Of a DNA stretch of 64,000 nt, positions 12,589 to 25,280 are shown one piece after another. The stretch is taken from NCBI RefSeq assembly GCF_006345805.1, contig NC_043000.1, positions 9,424,001 through 9,488,000 of the forward strand, in the 5' to 3' direction. The number at the start of each line of letters is the position of its first letter. Within the stretch, counting starts at the first letter, position 1. The DNA is from Octopus sinensis (taxonomy: Eukaryota). The translations under genes and the position numbers were made by a program. The notes under the pieces were generated by a model, which saw only the letters and a program-made list of their open reading frames with translations, had not been told where the DNA came from and did not search any database.

Positions 12589-13110
12589 TCCTCCTTGACT
12601 CTCTCATTACTCACATGGGACAAAAGGCCATCTTTCTTTCTTCCACTTCCTTCCTAAAGACAAGACGTGCTTATACCTGTCTCCTTCCATAAGCTCGTTT
12701 TCCTAGCATTCATAATAATTTTTGTCGTCTTGGCTTAACAACCCTCACCGTTTGTTTTTACTGTCTTGTTCTCACTGTCCTCTTTTTGTTACCACTTTCA
12801 CCCTCCGCAAAATATCCCAAATTTTATTTAATTTGCTTTGTGGGAAGAACTGTTTTAATGAAGTCGTGTATTGTCCTTGCCTTCGAATTGTGGAGTAGAT
12901 TCATCAGAGGACAACTGATGAAGGGAATGTTCTTTATGTTCCATGGCTCATTTCTCTATTTGTTTCTTTTCTTGTTCGATAAACGCTTGTTTTCTATGTT
13001 TTTTATGTTCTCGTTTCTCATTTTGTTGATGTTTTTTTGATGTCCTGTACCCATATATGCATGTATATATACATATGTATGTAGGTATGTATGTATATGT
13101 ATGTATATAT
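11400..13110. repeat. Inverted pair of ~400 bp repeats (11400-11790 and 12726-13110)
   Basis: For example AAAATTTGGGATATTTTGCGGAGGGT/ACCCTCCGCAAAATATCCCAAATTTT and CCATGGAACATAAAGAACATTCCCTTCATCAGTTGTCC with its reverse complement. Confidence 0.85.
11995..12276 (-). mobile_element. CORE-like SINE, family B variant
   Basis: Close match to 5114-5367. Confidence 0.75.
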
Positions 13111-14634
13111 GCATATATTTATATATCATTTATATTATTATATGATTGAATGCCACACATCCATTTTCAAGTATATATATATATATATATTGGGCCTCAC
13201 ATGGGGTTTGTCAAGAGACTGAGACTTCTGGTGGTTTGCTGTGCTTCAGAAGACATGTCAAGTTAAGTAAAATCTTAGTTGTCCTTGCTCACTGGCATGT
13301 CCCCCAGATCCTTCTTCAGCTAAGCTACCTTTATCTTGGATGCTGGTGCCATATAGAAAGCACCCATGTCAGTACACTCTGTAAAGTGGTTGGTATTAGA
13401 AAGGACATTCAGCTTTAGAAACCATGCGAAAACAGAAATGGGTCTCGTGCATCTCTTCGGCTGGTCAGCTCCTGTGAAATCATCTAACCCATTCCAGCAT
13501 GGAAAACTGATATTAAATGATGATGATGATGATATATAATCTTTTAGGCAGATCTTGGAAACAAAAGTTTTACCCCTTTTTTCATATTTTTGTACGAATT
13601 CCATGCAATTTGACTGGAACTATATTGTTTCAAAAATCACTCCTGGATGTTTCTAAACTCCTGTAGCCTCATCTTAAGGATTAAATAATGTTGACATTTG
13701 CTGTTGTCTCTTTATAGAAGGCCAAGTCATTGTGACTGGTGAAATGCATTACCTCTGAAATTTTAGTTATGACTATTAGATTTATACATTATCATATTTA
13801 GGTGTATCTTTATGTTTGATACTGGTTTATGTTATGTCTGCTTTTATTTTAGCATTGTTCTCTGTTATGAATATTTCATCCATCAGAAAATGTCTACTCT
13901 TATAGAGATTTCTACAGAGTACAGTTGTCATATCCACTCATGTTTTCCTGTCTAATTTCATCTTATATTAAATAGCTTTGCTCATTGTAAAGGTGCATGG
14001 CCCAGTGGTTATGGTGTTGCACTCATGATCGCAAGATCATGGTTTTGGTTCCAAAACCAGCTATGCATTGTGTTCTTGAGAAGAATACTTCATTTCACTT
14101 TGCTCCACTCAACTGTAAACAGGTCAAAGGTTACATACATTGTAATTACATTTGATTATATATATAGTGAACTGGCTGGCATGTATCATATTTGTGTGAT
14201 CAGGCAGAGTCAGTTAGTGTTCTGAAACCCTAACTTCATGTTTACATTGAATTTATTAAATCCCATCAGTCATTAACAGTTTTGTTTGCAAGTTTAATTG
14301 CTTGTCTTTTGTTATTTATTCAAAGGATTTTGTTTCTAGAGTTTCTGTGGCATATTATCAGTGTTTACATCATAAGGATTCAAAAGATATGAAATATATC
14401 GTTTTTAACAGTGGAATTTGAAATGGATAAAGATATAACTAATAGCATGTAGAATATTGGGTTTAAAATAACATCGGCTTGCAAAAAGTGGAAGGATGCC
14501 CATAACAATAGAACCCACATATTCAGTGAATATAACAAATGTGCTATCATTATACAAAACAACACTTTGAATTTTTTCCATCCAGTTTTGAATCTTTGGT
14601 CTTATCAACAAGAATTATTTGTTAATATTAATAA

Positions 14635-14851
14635 TCCTTTCTACCATAGGCACAAGGCCTGAAATTTTTGGTGGAAGGGGACTAGTCAATTACATCAACC
14701 CCAGCGTTTCACTGGTACTTAATTTATCGATCCTGAAAGAATGAAAAACAAAGTCGACCTTGGCAGAATTTGAATTCAGAACATAAAGAGAGGCGAAATG
14801 CCACTAAACATTTTGCCTGGCATGCTAATGATTCTGCCAGCTCACCACCAT
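14635..14851 (-). mobile_element. SINE family C (GGTGGTGAGCTGGCAGAA head)
   Basis: Minus strand has B-box-like GAATTCAAATTC and body GGTCGACTTTG..TTTCATTCTTTCAGGATCGATAAATTAAGTACCAG; further copies at 22597, 24270, 37952 and 56912. Confidence 0.75.
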
Positions 14852-14856
14852 TTTTG

Positions 14857-14858
<2 letters not shown>

Positions 14859-14907
<49 letters not shown>

Positions 14908-14908
14908 G

Positions 14909-14955
<47 letters not shown>

Positions 14956-14980
14956 AATAATAATAATGATAATGATAATA

Positions 14981-15053
<73 letters not shown>

Positions 15054-15055
15054 CA
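14859..15055. repeat. Compound (AAT)n/(GAT) microsatellite, ~195 bp
   Basis: Directly visible. Confidence 0.97.
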
Positions 15056-15319
15056 ATTAAAAAATCTTTATTGCTTCTAACCTTACAGCAGTTAGGAACA
15101 GCCATATCTTAGTCAGTCAGTGGAAGGACTTAACTACCTCATATGTTCTTAAAATTTAAATCCACATCTTTGTCTGTATATCTACCTTCTCTATAATGTT
15201 GCCACTTCATTTGAAAATTTTTGTATTAATGGAAAACCTCTATAATTGGCTGATGAGTATTCAGCATCTTAAATCTGTTGTAATACTTACAACATTTAAT
15301 AAAATGATGTAGTACGAAA

Positions 15320-15320
<1 letters not shown>

Positions 15321-15355
<35 letters not shown>

Positions 15356-15792
15356 TTAACGTCCGCTTTCCATGCTAGCATGGGTTGGACGGTTCAACTG
15401 GGGTCTGGGGAGCCCGAAGGCTGCACCAGGCCAGTCAGATCTGGCAGTGTTTCTACAGCTGGATGCCCTTCCTAACGCCAACCACTCTGAGAGTGTAGTG
15501 GGTGATTTTATGTGCCACCGACACAGGTGCCAGACGAGGCTGGTGAACGGCCACGCTCGGATGGTGTTTTTATGTGCCACCGACACAGGTGCCAGACGAG
15601 GCTGGCGAACGGCCACGCTTGGATGGTGTTTTTATGTGCCACCGACACAGGTGCCAGACGAGGCTGGCGAACGGCCACGCTTGGATGGTGTTTTTATGTG
15701 CCACCGACACAGGTGCCAGACGAGGCTGACGAACGGCCACGATCGGATGGTGTTTCTTACGTGCCCACAGCACGGAGGCCAGTCGATGCGGA
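15321..15792 (-). mobile_element. RTE 3' UTR fragment with four ~61 bp tandem units
   Basis: (ATC)n tail, then TTTTATGTGCCACCGACACAGGTGCCAGACGAGGCTG..CCACG repeated four times across 15507-15750. Confidence 0.85.
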
Positions 15793-15844
15793 GTGATTCT
15801 TGTTGCTTATTTTGAGTGTATATATATATATATATATATATATA

Positions 15845-16960
15845 CTTGGTAGTAGTAGCCAAATAGTGAGCGGTGTTCCACAAGGCACCTTTTGGGGACC
15901 ACTACTGTTCACAATGGCCCTCTCAGACATGCCCTCAGCCACGCAGAGAGCCACGACCACAAGTTATGCAGATGATACAAAAGTTTCACAGGCAATACAG
16001 AACCCTGAGGACACTAAACGCCTGCAATGTGAGCTGGACAAAATATACAAGTGGGCTGAAAAAAATAGCATGCAGTTTAATGCTGAAAAGTTTCAAGCTT
16101 TAAGCTATCAGCATGCAAAACTAAATGCAATACCCAATAAATACACTGGACCTGGAGGGATTGCAATCCCAGAGGCACAATCAGTGCGAGACCTGGGTAT
16201 TTACATGAGTGATGATGCAACCTTTCATGTGCATGTTGCTAAATTGGCAATGAAATGTAGGCGGCTGACCGGATGGATTCTTAGAGCTTTTAGAACAAGA
16301 GACCAAGAAACCATGATGGTCCTCTGGAGGACACTTGTCCTAAGCCACTTTGACTATTGCTCTCAGCTATGGTCACCATCCAGTGTCAAGTTAATCACAG
16401 AACTTGAGGCGATCCAACGAAGCTACACGAAGAAGATAGCCTCTGTGCAGCATATAAGCTACTGGGAAAGACTCAAGAGACTAAGACTCTATTCCTTAGA
16501 GCGTAGGCGAGAAAGATATGCCATAATATACATCTGGAAGATCCTAGAAGTTCTTGTCCCAAACTTTGGCATCGAGAGTTACACAAATGCTAGAACTGGG
16601 TGCCACTGCATGGTGCCAAGGACTCCAGATTTGCCATCAAGATTTAGGACAAGATACTGTGATAACCTGGGCTTCAGATGCCCACAGCTCTTCAATATCC
16701 TCCCGAAGAACCTGAGAGACCTGCATGGGGTGGATGCAGATGTCTTTATAATAAAACTGGATCTCTTCCTGTCAGGTGTCCCAGAAGAACCAACTTCACG
16801 GCAGAAGGTGCAGATGAGGGCAGCTGCATCGAACTCTCTCATGCACCAAATAGCAGTTGCTAAAAAGCATTTGTGTAGTAAAATCATGTAGCAACACAAA
16901 ATGGCAGTGCCCCAGCATGGCCATAGCTCGTGAGCTGAAACTAGATAAAATAAAATAAAA
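15845..16960 (+). mobile_element. CR1/L2-superfamily LINE, 5'-truncated; open RT frame to 16891 plus short 3' UTR
   Basis: SGVPQGT..GPLLF, YADDTK, VRDLGI, YCSQLWSP, SYWERLKRLRLYSLERRRER; ends in (TAAAA)n. Confidence 0.9.
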
Positions 16961-16990
16961 AAATAAATAATGATAATGATAATAATAATA

Positions 16991-19900
16991 AGAAGAATTA
17001 AAACCTGATTTTACTGAGTTAAATTAAATTATTTACGCTTCTGCTAGGGCAATTAAAACCAGCTGTATGCCCCCGAAGAAACAAAGAAAACCAAACCTGG
17101 GAAGAAATCAAACCTGGAGAAGTAAAATTGAAAAAGAGATTGAATTTATGAGAGGGGAAATATCAATATTAAATGAACTAATATGTGGAAATGATGTAAG
17201 ATCCAGAACAGGAAGAAAGATGAAGAGAAAATTTGGATCCTCACCAAGAGAAGAACTGATATCAATAAAAGAAACGCTGAAACAAAAAGTCCAAGCAAAA
17301 ACCCAAAGAATACGAAGATTTGAGAAGAGAAACAAGTTTTACAAGCAAAATAAGCTGTTCACATCCAATGCCAAAAAATTCTACAGAGAAATAGGGAAGG
17401 AGAAAGTAACCGTTAAAGACCCCCCTCCCATGGAAGAAGTTCAAAACTTTTGGAAAAGGATTTGGAGTGACAAGAAGATGTACAACATAAATGCAGACTG
17501 GATTATACAAACTGAAGGATCCTACCAAAATTTACAACAACAAGCATGGGAAGACATCACAATAGCAGACCTAAGAAAGGCACTCACGAAGGCCCATAAT
17601 TGGAAATCCCCCGGTAAAGATAGGGTGCCGAATTTCTTGCTCGCATTGCTCCCATGCGTACATGGTAAGCTAGTTCAGCTGCTCAATGGAATTATGAGAG
17701 ACCTAAAGAAAACACCTGAATGGTTAGCAAGTGGTATTACTTACCTACTCCCAAAGAATAACGAAACCAACCTTCCAAAAAACTATCGGCCTATAACCTG
17801 TCTATCCACCACGTATAAAATCCTAACATCTATCCTGGCGGAGAAAACATATGCATTCATGGAGAAGAACGATATTTTCCCCATTGAACAAAAAGGGTGC
17901 CTCCGAGGCTCTTACGGATGCAAAGATCAACTGCTAATTAATCGTATGATCCTTGAGAACTGTCACAACAACCGCAGAAATCTCAGCTCTGCATGGATTG
18001 ACTATAAAAAGGCCTTCGACAGTATACCGCATCCATGGATCTTGAGATCGCTGGACATCTTCAAAATTTCCCCTGTGATTTCAAACTTCCCGAAGCACAA
18101 TATGTCGTTGTGGAATACGAATCTCCAATTATACCACTCTAATGGAGTACTTGCCTCAGAAAATATAAACATCAACTGTGGAATTTTTCAAGGTGACTCA
18201 CTTTCACCTTTAATATTCTGCATAGCCCTAATACCCCTTACAAGTGAATTAAACAGAACAGGGTATGGGTATAAAATTGCCAATAAAAAAATAAGCCATC
18301 TATTTTATATGGATGACTTAAAACTTTATGGTAAAGACAATAATGAACTTGAAGGCCTATTGCGCACTGTGAAAGCATTCAGCGATGACATTGGGATGGA
18401 GTTTGGACTTGAGAAGTGTGCCAAGGCCACTTTCCAGAAAGGGAAAGTGAAGACCACAACTTCAGTCATGTTAGATGTTGACACAGTCATAAGAGAGCTT
18501 GAGCAAGAACAAACATACAAATATTTAGGGATAAATGAAGGCTCTGGTATTCAGCATGCAAGCATGAAAGAGAAGATCAGGAAGGAATGTTATAGGAGAG
18601 TTCGTGCAGTCCTGAAATCTGAACTAAATGCACGTAACAAGGTGTTAGCTATAAATTCCTTAGCAGTTCCAGTTGTTACTTATAGCTACAATGTGTTGAA
18701 CTGGAATATGAGTGAAGTAAAGAATATAGATAGGAAAATACGCAAGCTGCTGAGTTGTAATAGGATGCACCACCCAAAGGCAGACGTAGATCGCCTTTAC
18801 CTTCCCAGAGCCCAAGGAGGTCGAGGCCTGATCCAATTTGAACTAGCTTACAAAACAACCACAATCGGACTGGCCAAATATCTCGAAATAACGAATGACT
18901 GGATGCTAAAGCTCGTGGAAAATCACGAGAGACGAAAGAAGCTTCATTCTATCATAAAGGAAAGCAAAAAATTTGCTATTGATCTCGTGCAGGATACCCA
19001 AACTGAACAACCCGAGGGAAGTACGGCAACTATTGTTGCAAAGAAGGTGAAAATAATGGCAACGAAAAAAGCGCACGAGCAATTGGCTGATAGGTGGGAG
19101 GAGAAACCTCTGCACGGCAAGTATGTGACCCGCAGCAAACAAGCTGATGTTGACCAGAAGCAAACCCATCAGTGGCTACGGAGCTCAGGGCTAAAAGCAG
19201 AGAGCGAAGGTTTCATCCTGGCTGCTCAAGAACAAAGCCTATTAACCCGGAACTACCAGGCCAATGTGATGAAAAATGGAGCAGACCCAAAATGCTGATT
19301 CTGCAACGACATGATTGAAACAGTGGACCACCTAATCTCTGGATGTAAAGTCTTAGCACCAGTGGAGTATAAATTAAGACATGACAGAGTTGGCCAATAC
19401 CTCCACTGCCTAATAAGTCGGCATTACAATATCAAAACTGCCGACAAGTGGTATAATCACCACCCTCAGGCTGTAACTGAAGGAGAAAATGTAACCATTC
19501 TGTGGGACTTTCCAGTACATACAGACCGAATCATCAAGGCCAATAAACCAGATATTGTTGTGAAAGACCAAAACAATAAAGTTTGCTTATTGATCGACAT
19601 GAGCATCCCCTGTGATCATAATATCTCAGCGAAAGAGTTTGACAAGCTCAGAAAATATAAAGACTTACTCATTGAAATTGAGAAAATGTGGCATCTGAAG
19701 GCGGTTACAATACCAGTGATCGTAGGAGCACTAGGAATGATCAAGAAGGGAACCGAAAATTATATTAGAATGATCCCTGGCTTACCATCCCTGCAAGAAG
19801 TGCAAAAGATTGTCTTAACTGGTACATCACACGTATTGAGAAGAGCATTGTCGATGTGAGAACTGTTGCTGCTCATGTATTTTAATTTAACTTAAAAAAA

Positions 19901-20037
19901 AAAAAAATTTTTTTAAATGAACGAACTATTGAGTTTGGTTTAATGGCCTACCAATGTATACTATGAGTTTCTTTGCCCTAGGAGTCGGGAAGACACTCGG
20001 CAAGAAATGGAAGCAAATTTGAAAGAAGAAAAAAAAA
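16991..20037 (+). mobile_element. R4/Dong-type non-LTR retrotransposon with RT and restriction-like endonuclease
   Basis: RT motifs NYRPITCL, WIDYKKAFDS, GIFQGDSLSP, YMDDLKL, YKYLG; CCHC knuckle C*FC..ETVDHLISGC; RLE motif KPDIV..LIDMSIP..KY. TAA repeats on both flanks. Confidence 0.92.
17067..19859 (+). pseudogene. RT-RLE ORF interrupted by one in-frame TGA (19296-19298)
   Basis: The 743 aa and 182 aa ORFs are in the same frame, joined by AAA TGC TGA TTC TGC (probably CGA>TGA). Confidence 0.88.
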
Positions 20038-21517
20038 GTAATAATAATAATAATAATAATTATAATTATAATGAATGTATTGTATAAAGTGCTCAGATGC
20101 ACCAAAATTCACCAGAAAAGGTAGCCAAAAGTGCATGTACAGTAGATAAAATATTACATAGAAAGTGAACAGTGAATGTGTTGGTTTGAAAAAAATGTGC
20201 AGGACATCAAGTTTATTGTTGATGAATTTCAGAAAGCATGGAAGTTTTGAATGATGTAGTGTACTGCTCTTGACTTTTCCCATCCAAAGTTTTTTAACCC
20301 AGTGGTTTACTTGCTGTTATATTATTAGTGTTTGGAGGGTGATGAACTGGTTGAGTCATTAACAAGTCAGACAAAATGTTAACACTATTTCTTTTAGCTC
20401 TTTATTTTCTGGGTTCAAATTCCACCAAGTGTGACATTGTTTTTCATTCTTTCAGGGTTGATAACAGAAGTACCAGGAAAACAATATGGTCGACTTAATG
20501 TCCTCTTTAAGTCTTTAGCATTCTGATTATTCTGTCAAATGTAAAGGTTCTTTATTCGCATTCTTTTCAATTAACCATGTATTTTCTCATAGTTTCAAGT
20601 TTTCAATGTTGCGATTGTTTATTTTTAGAATGACAGTGTACAGGTAGAATATTTGGGCTGGATCTGGCCTGTTTGAAAATAAAAGCAGGTAGAATATATG
20701 GACTGGATATTACCAAAATATTAAAGGGTTAAGATTACTGGCCTTGTGCAAAAATCTGAAACTATTGTATTATTAGTGTTTGTTATGGTTTGGTGTAATG
20801 TATTTTGTGTTCTATTTTATGAAATTTTTTATATGTTTATCTTTCTATAGTTAGTCTGCTTTTGATTCATTTGCTACACTGTGTTATTTGTGTACTTTTA
20901 CTAGGTTTCGTGTCTGATGTCTATGTGCGTCTCTTGTTCTATGTCTTGATCTATTAGTTTGAATCAATAGCTGTTATTTGTTAATGTTTGATTTAGTCAG
21001 CTGATATCCTTATCTTGCACTTCAATTATGGTGGAAAATCCAAATACTCTTCTAAGTAGGGATTTTGGCTCTGACACTTTGTATCTATGCAAACATTTGC
21101 TGTTTCCATTTTAGTATATTCATTTATTTATGTCCTTGATGTAAACGGACATGGTGTAACTGCTATTTTCCATCTGAATATTTATGTTTAGGAATAGCTT
21201 TATTATATTGGTACGATTTTTATTTGTGCAGTTCTCAATACTGAATTTTATAGTAGAGTAGTTTTCGAGGTCTTCATTTATTATATCAGTTTATTCTCCT
21301 GCATCTTTTCTTTATGATGAGTATATCAACCACTTACCTGGTTTATATCATGCTTATGTAACAGTAGCATTTTATTTTCAATTGTGGCCATAGCAAATGC
21401 TATGAACATAAAGCTTAAGCAAGAACCTATGGTTGCTCCATATTTTTATTTATATAATTTATTTTGTGGACAGTGAAAGATCATTTCACTTTTATAGAAC
21501 ACTAATAATTTCTTTGT

Positions 21518-21763
21518 GGAGGCGCGTGGCTTAGTGGTTAGAGTGTCAGCATCATGATTGTAAGATTGTGGTTTCGATTCCTGGACCGAGCGACGCGTTG
21601 TGTTCTTGAGCAAAACACTTCATTTCACATTGCTCCAGTCCACTCAGCTGGCAAAAATGAGTAACGCTGCGATGGACTGGTGTCCCGTCCAGCTGGGGAA
21701 CACATACGCCACTGAAAACGGGAAACTGGGCCCATGAGCCTGGCTAGGCTTTAATATGGGAAC

Positions 21764-21795
<32 letters not shown>
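21518..21795 (+). mobile_element. Full-length tRNA-derived CORE-like SINE, family B
   Basis: A box TGGCTTAGTGG, B box GTTTCGATTCC, CORE-like TGTGTTCTTGAGCAAAACACTTCATTTCAC..; (TTA)n tail; second copy at 41623-41885. Confidence 0.8.
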
Positions 21796-21809
<14 letters not shown>

Positions 21810-22251
21810 AATAATAATTTCTTTAGTATGTTAGCTTGTGTCATGATTACACAATTCACATTACCAAAAGATGCTATCACCGTGGCACATGTTATTATAA
21901 AATTCAGTACAATGTACACAAGAATGTGTATAATGACAATGATTGGAAAATTAGGCTGATAATTATACAATTGTTAAAAGAATCCAAGACACTGACTCAA
22001 AGCTAATTATCAGCTTACCTCCGTCATTGTTACTGATAGCTAAATATAAACAGGCTATAAATAATCACAAAAACACATTGAACAGTCCACTAATTAGTCA
22101 CTTACCTTCCTTTAGAACATTTTAACAACTCTTTATTATCCACCAGCAAGATGCTCCATGTGATCTACTGTTTTACTGACTTCTAACTTTAAAACAACTT
22201 ACTGAAGGCAGTTTATCTGCACAGAAAGTTACTTAAAACAATGACTTTTAA

Positions 22252-22470
22252 CCCTTTTGTTACTATATTTATTTTGAGATGCTGTGTTTCTTTCAATTAC
22301 TTTAAATATAACTAAGAATTTAGTAAATTAACTTAGTTATCATTCAGTCAGTGTTAGGAACATAAATTGTGACTAAGGTTTGGTGGAAAATTTTAATTCA
22401 AAACTTATGAAAACAAGACCTTTGTACTACAGAGCCAGAGCCGGTTTCAGCCCAGTTGGTAGCAAAAGGG
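22252..22470. mobile_element. piggyBac-type MITE
   Basis: TTAA|CCCTTTTGTTAC ... GTAGCAAAAGGG|TTAA, i.e. CCC-starting TIRs with a TTAA target duplication. A degenerate relative lies at ~38508-38719. Confidence 0.8.
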
Positions 22471-22596
22471 TTAAATTGGAAGAAGAGCAATGGCTCTTGC
22501 CTGTATCACACATTAGTAGCCTATCTTAACTTAAAAGACATCAAAAACTTCTGGTAATCAATATGAAGAAATATGTAATAGCCCTCATATCACTGC

Positions 22597-22829
22597 TTAT
22601 TTCTTTATTGCCCACAAGGGGCTGAACATAGAGGGGACAAACAAGGACAGACAAAGGGATTAAGTCAATAACATCGACCCCAGTGTGTAACTAGTACTTA
22701 ATTTATCGACCCCAAAAGGATGAAAGGCAAAGTCGACCTCAGCAGAATTTGAACTAAGAACATAACAGCAGACAAAATACCGCTAAGCATTTCACCTGGC
22801 ATGCTAACGTTTCTGCCAGCTCACCGCCT
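22597..22829 (-). mobile_element. SINE family C
   Basis: Ends ..TTCTGCCAGCTCACCGCC on the plus strand; body matches 14635-14851. Confidence 0.75.
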
Positions 22830-23698
22830 CGTATCACTACTGCTGTCAAAAGGATTTTGTCAGCATCTTGCATTGAACTCCTTAACCTTTTACCATGCTT
22901 ATTTATTCACATTTTTCTGAATTAATCATGCATGATCTGATAGATTTGTGGTTTCAATGATCTGATTGATTATTTTTAGAATAACATTTTTGGGTAGGTG
23001 TGAGAAGCCGTATCTGGCTGGTGTGAACATAGAACAGGGGCCAGACATAGCTTGTTTAAATGCTAAAGTGTTGATGTCTAGTGTGTAAAGATGATTGTAG
23101 CACCTGGTTCTAAGACAAAAATGTCCCTGTAAACTAACTGATCCCTGACCTTCTTTGATATATTATGCTTACATGATCACACCACTCGTGAAATTTATCA
23201 GGACCTCACTTTTTAATATTTTAGTAGTCCTTCAGACAAGACTGCCAAACACTATCAAATAACTCATCAAAAATGAAATAATGCTGTTTGATCTTCACCA
23301 ACAAATAATTTCTTTTTGTAACCACTACAACAGAAACAGAACCCTGGATTTACACTGTCTGCAATATAACCAACTACACTATAGCTCATACTTTTTCTTA
23401 AAACAAAATTCCAAACAACAGAAGCTTTCGGTTATCCAGTTAAGATGATGAATGTCACTCACTGTTAAGAATGCTTGCATTTAAAAATTCGTAATTAAAT
23501 GAAATTACTAAGTATTGTGTATTATTAACCACAGGGTAGGTTCAAGACTATATAAGACTATGTGGTTAACTTTCGGGCCTGCTTGGCACTTTGGGTGGGT
23601 GTCTTCTACTTCAGTTGCAAGATGACCAAAGACTTATGCATGAATTTGGTGGATGGAAACTAAAAGCAGTCTGCTGTGTATGTGTGCGTGTGTGTGTG

Positions 23699-23742
<44 letters not shown>

Positions 23743-23763
23743 ATATGTGTGTGTGTGTGCATG

Positions 23764-23799
<36 letters not shown>

Positions 23800-24139
23800 C
23801 AATAACACAGATGGGTTGCAGTTCACTACAGCTGTTTCAGACATGTTTTTTTTATTGATGAACAAACCAATTATATCATGTGCAAAAACTAATTTCTTCT
23901 GATGAATTAAAATCCAAAATTTAATACTTAGAATTATTCATGCAAAAAGTATAGAATGTATTTTGACTCTCTCTCTTGTGTGTGTGTGTGTGTGTGTGTG
24001 TCTGTGAGTGTCCTTGTCTTGACACCACATGATGGTTGTAATCATCAGCCATTGTCACACAAGTGGTGTCATTCATTTCTCATCTTCTAAAGAAACACGT
24101 CTGGCCATGGGAAATATTACCTTGCTTCTAAAACTTTGC

Positions 24140-24650
24140 CTTAGGCAAAGTTGATCTTGGCAGAATTTGAACTCAGAACATAGTGAAAGACGAAATACCA
24201 CTAAACATTTCACCTGGTGTGCTAACAGTTTTGCCAACTCACCACCTAAATAATATTAATAATGGTTTCAAATTTTGGCATGAGGCCAGCAAGTTTAGGG
24301 GAGGGACTAAGTCGATTAACTTGACCCCAGTGCTCAACTGATACTTATTTTATCGACCCCGAAAGGATGAAAGGCAAAGTCAACCTTGGCAGAATTTGAA
24401 CTCAGCATGTAAAGACAGATGAAATGGCACTAAACATTTTGCCCAGCATACTAATGATTCAGCCAGCTCACTGACCCAATAACAATAATAATAATAATAA
24501 TAAGAGCAGAAATAATTTTTTTCTAATTTTGGCACAAGACTAGCAATTTTTTAAGGAGAGTTGATATCATCAACCCCAGCACTTAACTAACACTTATTTT
24601 ATTGATCCTAGAAGGATGATAGGCAAAGTTGACCTCCACTGCACTTGAAC
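24140..24650 (-). mobile_element. Cluster of three SINE family C copies/fragments
   Basis: GGCAAAGT..ACCTTGGCAGAATTTGAACTCAG-type body recurs near 24145, 24372 and 24622. Confidence 0.7.
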
Positions 24651-24916
24651 AATGTTACTAATAATGATGAAGTTACTGTATACAGTGCTCAAGTACACTA
24701 CAGCTTAAGGGAAAAGGTTAAAAGAAGGAACAAAGAGCAGTTATTTGAGCCAAGTGAAGAAAGCGATGAACGTTAGAAGTTTATAAAGGAATATAAGAGA
24801 AAAACAGAGAAAAGTAAACATTAAAAGCGATGCAGAGGTACATCAGGAGTAGTGTTGGTGAATATACATATATATGTATATGAGTGTGTGTGTGTGTATG
24901 TGTATATATATATGCA

Positions 24917-24967
<51 letters not shown>

Positions 24968-25080
24968 AGAACGGACGTTAAACGATGATGATGATGATGA
25001 ATGATGATGATATGTATATATATACATGCATATATATATATATATACATACATACCTACATACATACATATATACGTATA

Positions 25081-25111
<31 letters not shown>

Positions 25112-25117
25112 TATATA

Positions 25118-25280
25118 TGACAGGCTTCTTTCAATTCCTGTCCACCAAATCCACTCACAAAGCTTTGGTCAGCCTGAGGCTATAGTAGAAGACACTTGCC
25201 CAAGGTGCCACGCAGTGGGACTGAACCCAGAACCATGTGGTTGGTAAGCAAGTTACTTACCACACACCCACTTCTATGCC
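25118..25280 (-). mobile_element. SINE family A head
   Basis: GACACTTGCCCAAGGTGCCACGCAGTGGGACTGAACCC..CTTACCACAC. Confidence 0.75.

Noticed and set aside
14380-14611. Hydrophobic ORF containing NPIFY (GPCR TM7-like NPxxY)
   Set aside because: Only 61 aa, no other helices or convincing splice sites; T-rich sequence readily gives hydrophobic peptides. A BLASTX hit would be needed.
15507-15750. Regular ~61 bp repeats resembling a CRISPR array
   Set aside because: Units are contiguous near-identical tandem copies with no unique spacers, lie in an RTE 3' UTR, and there are no cas genes.
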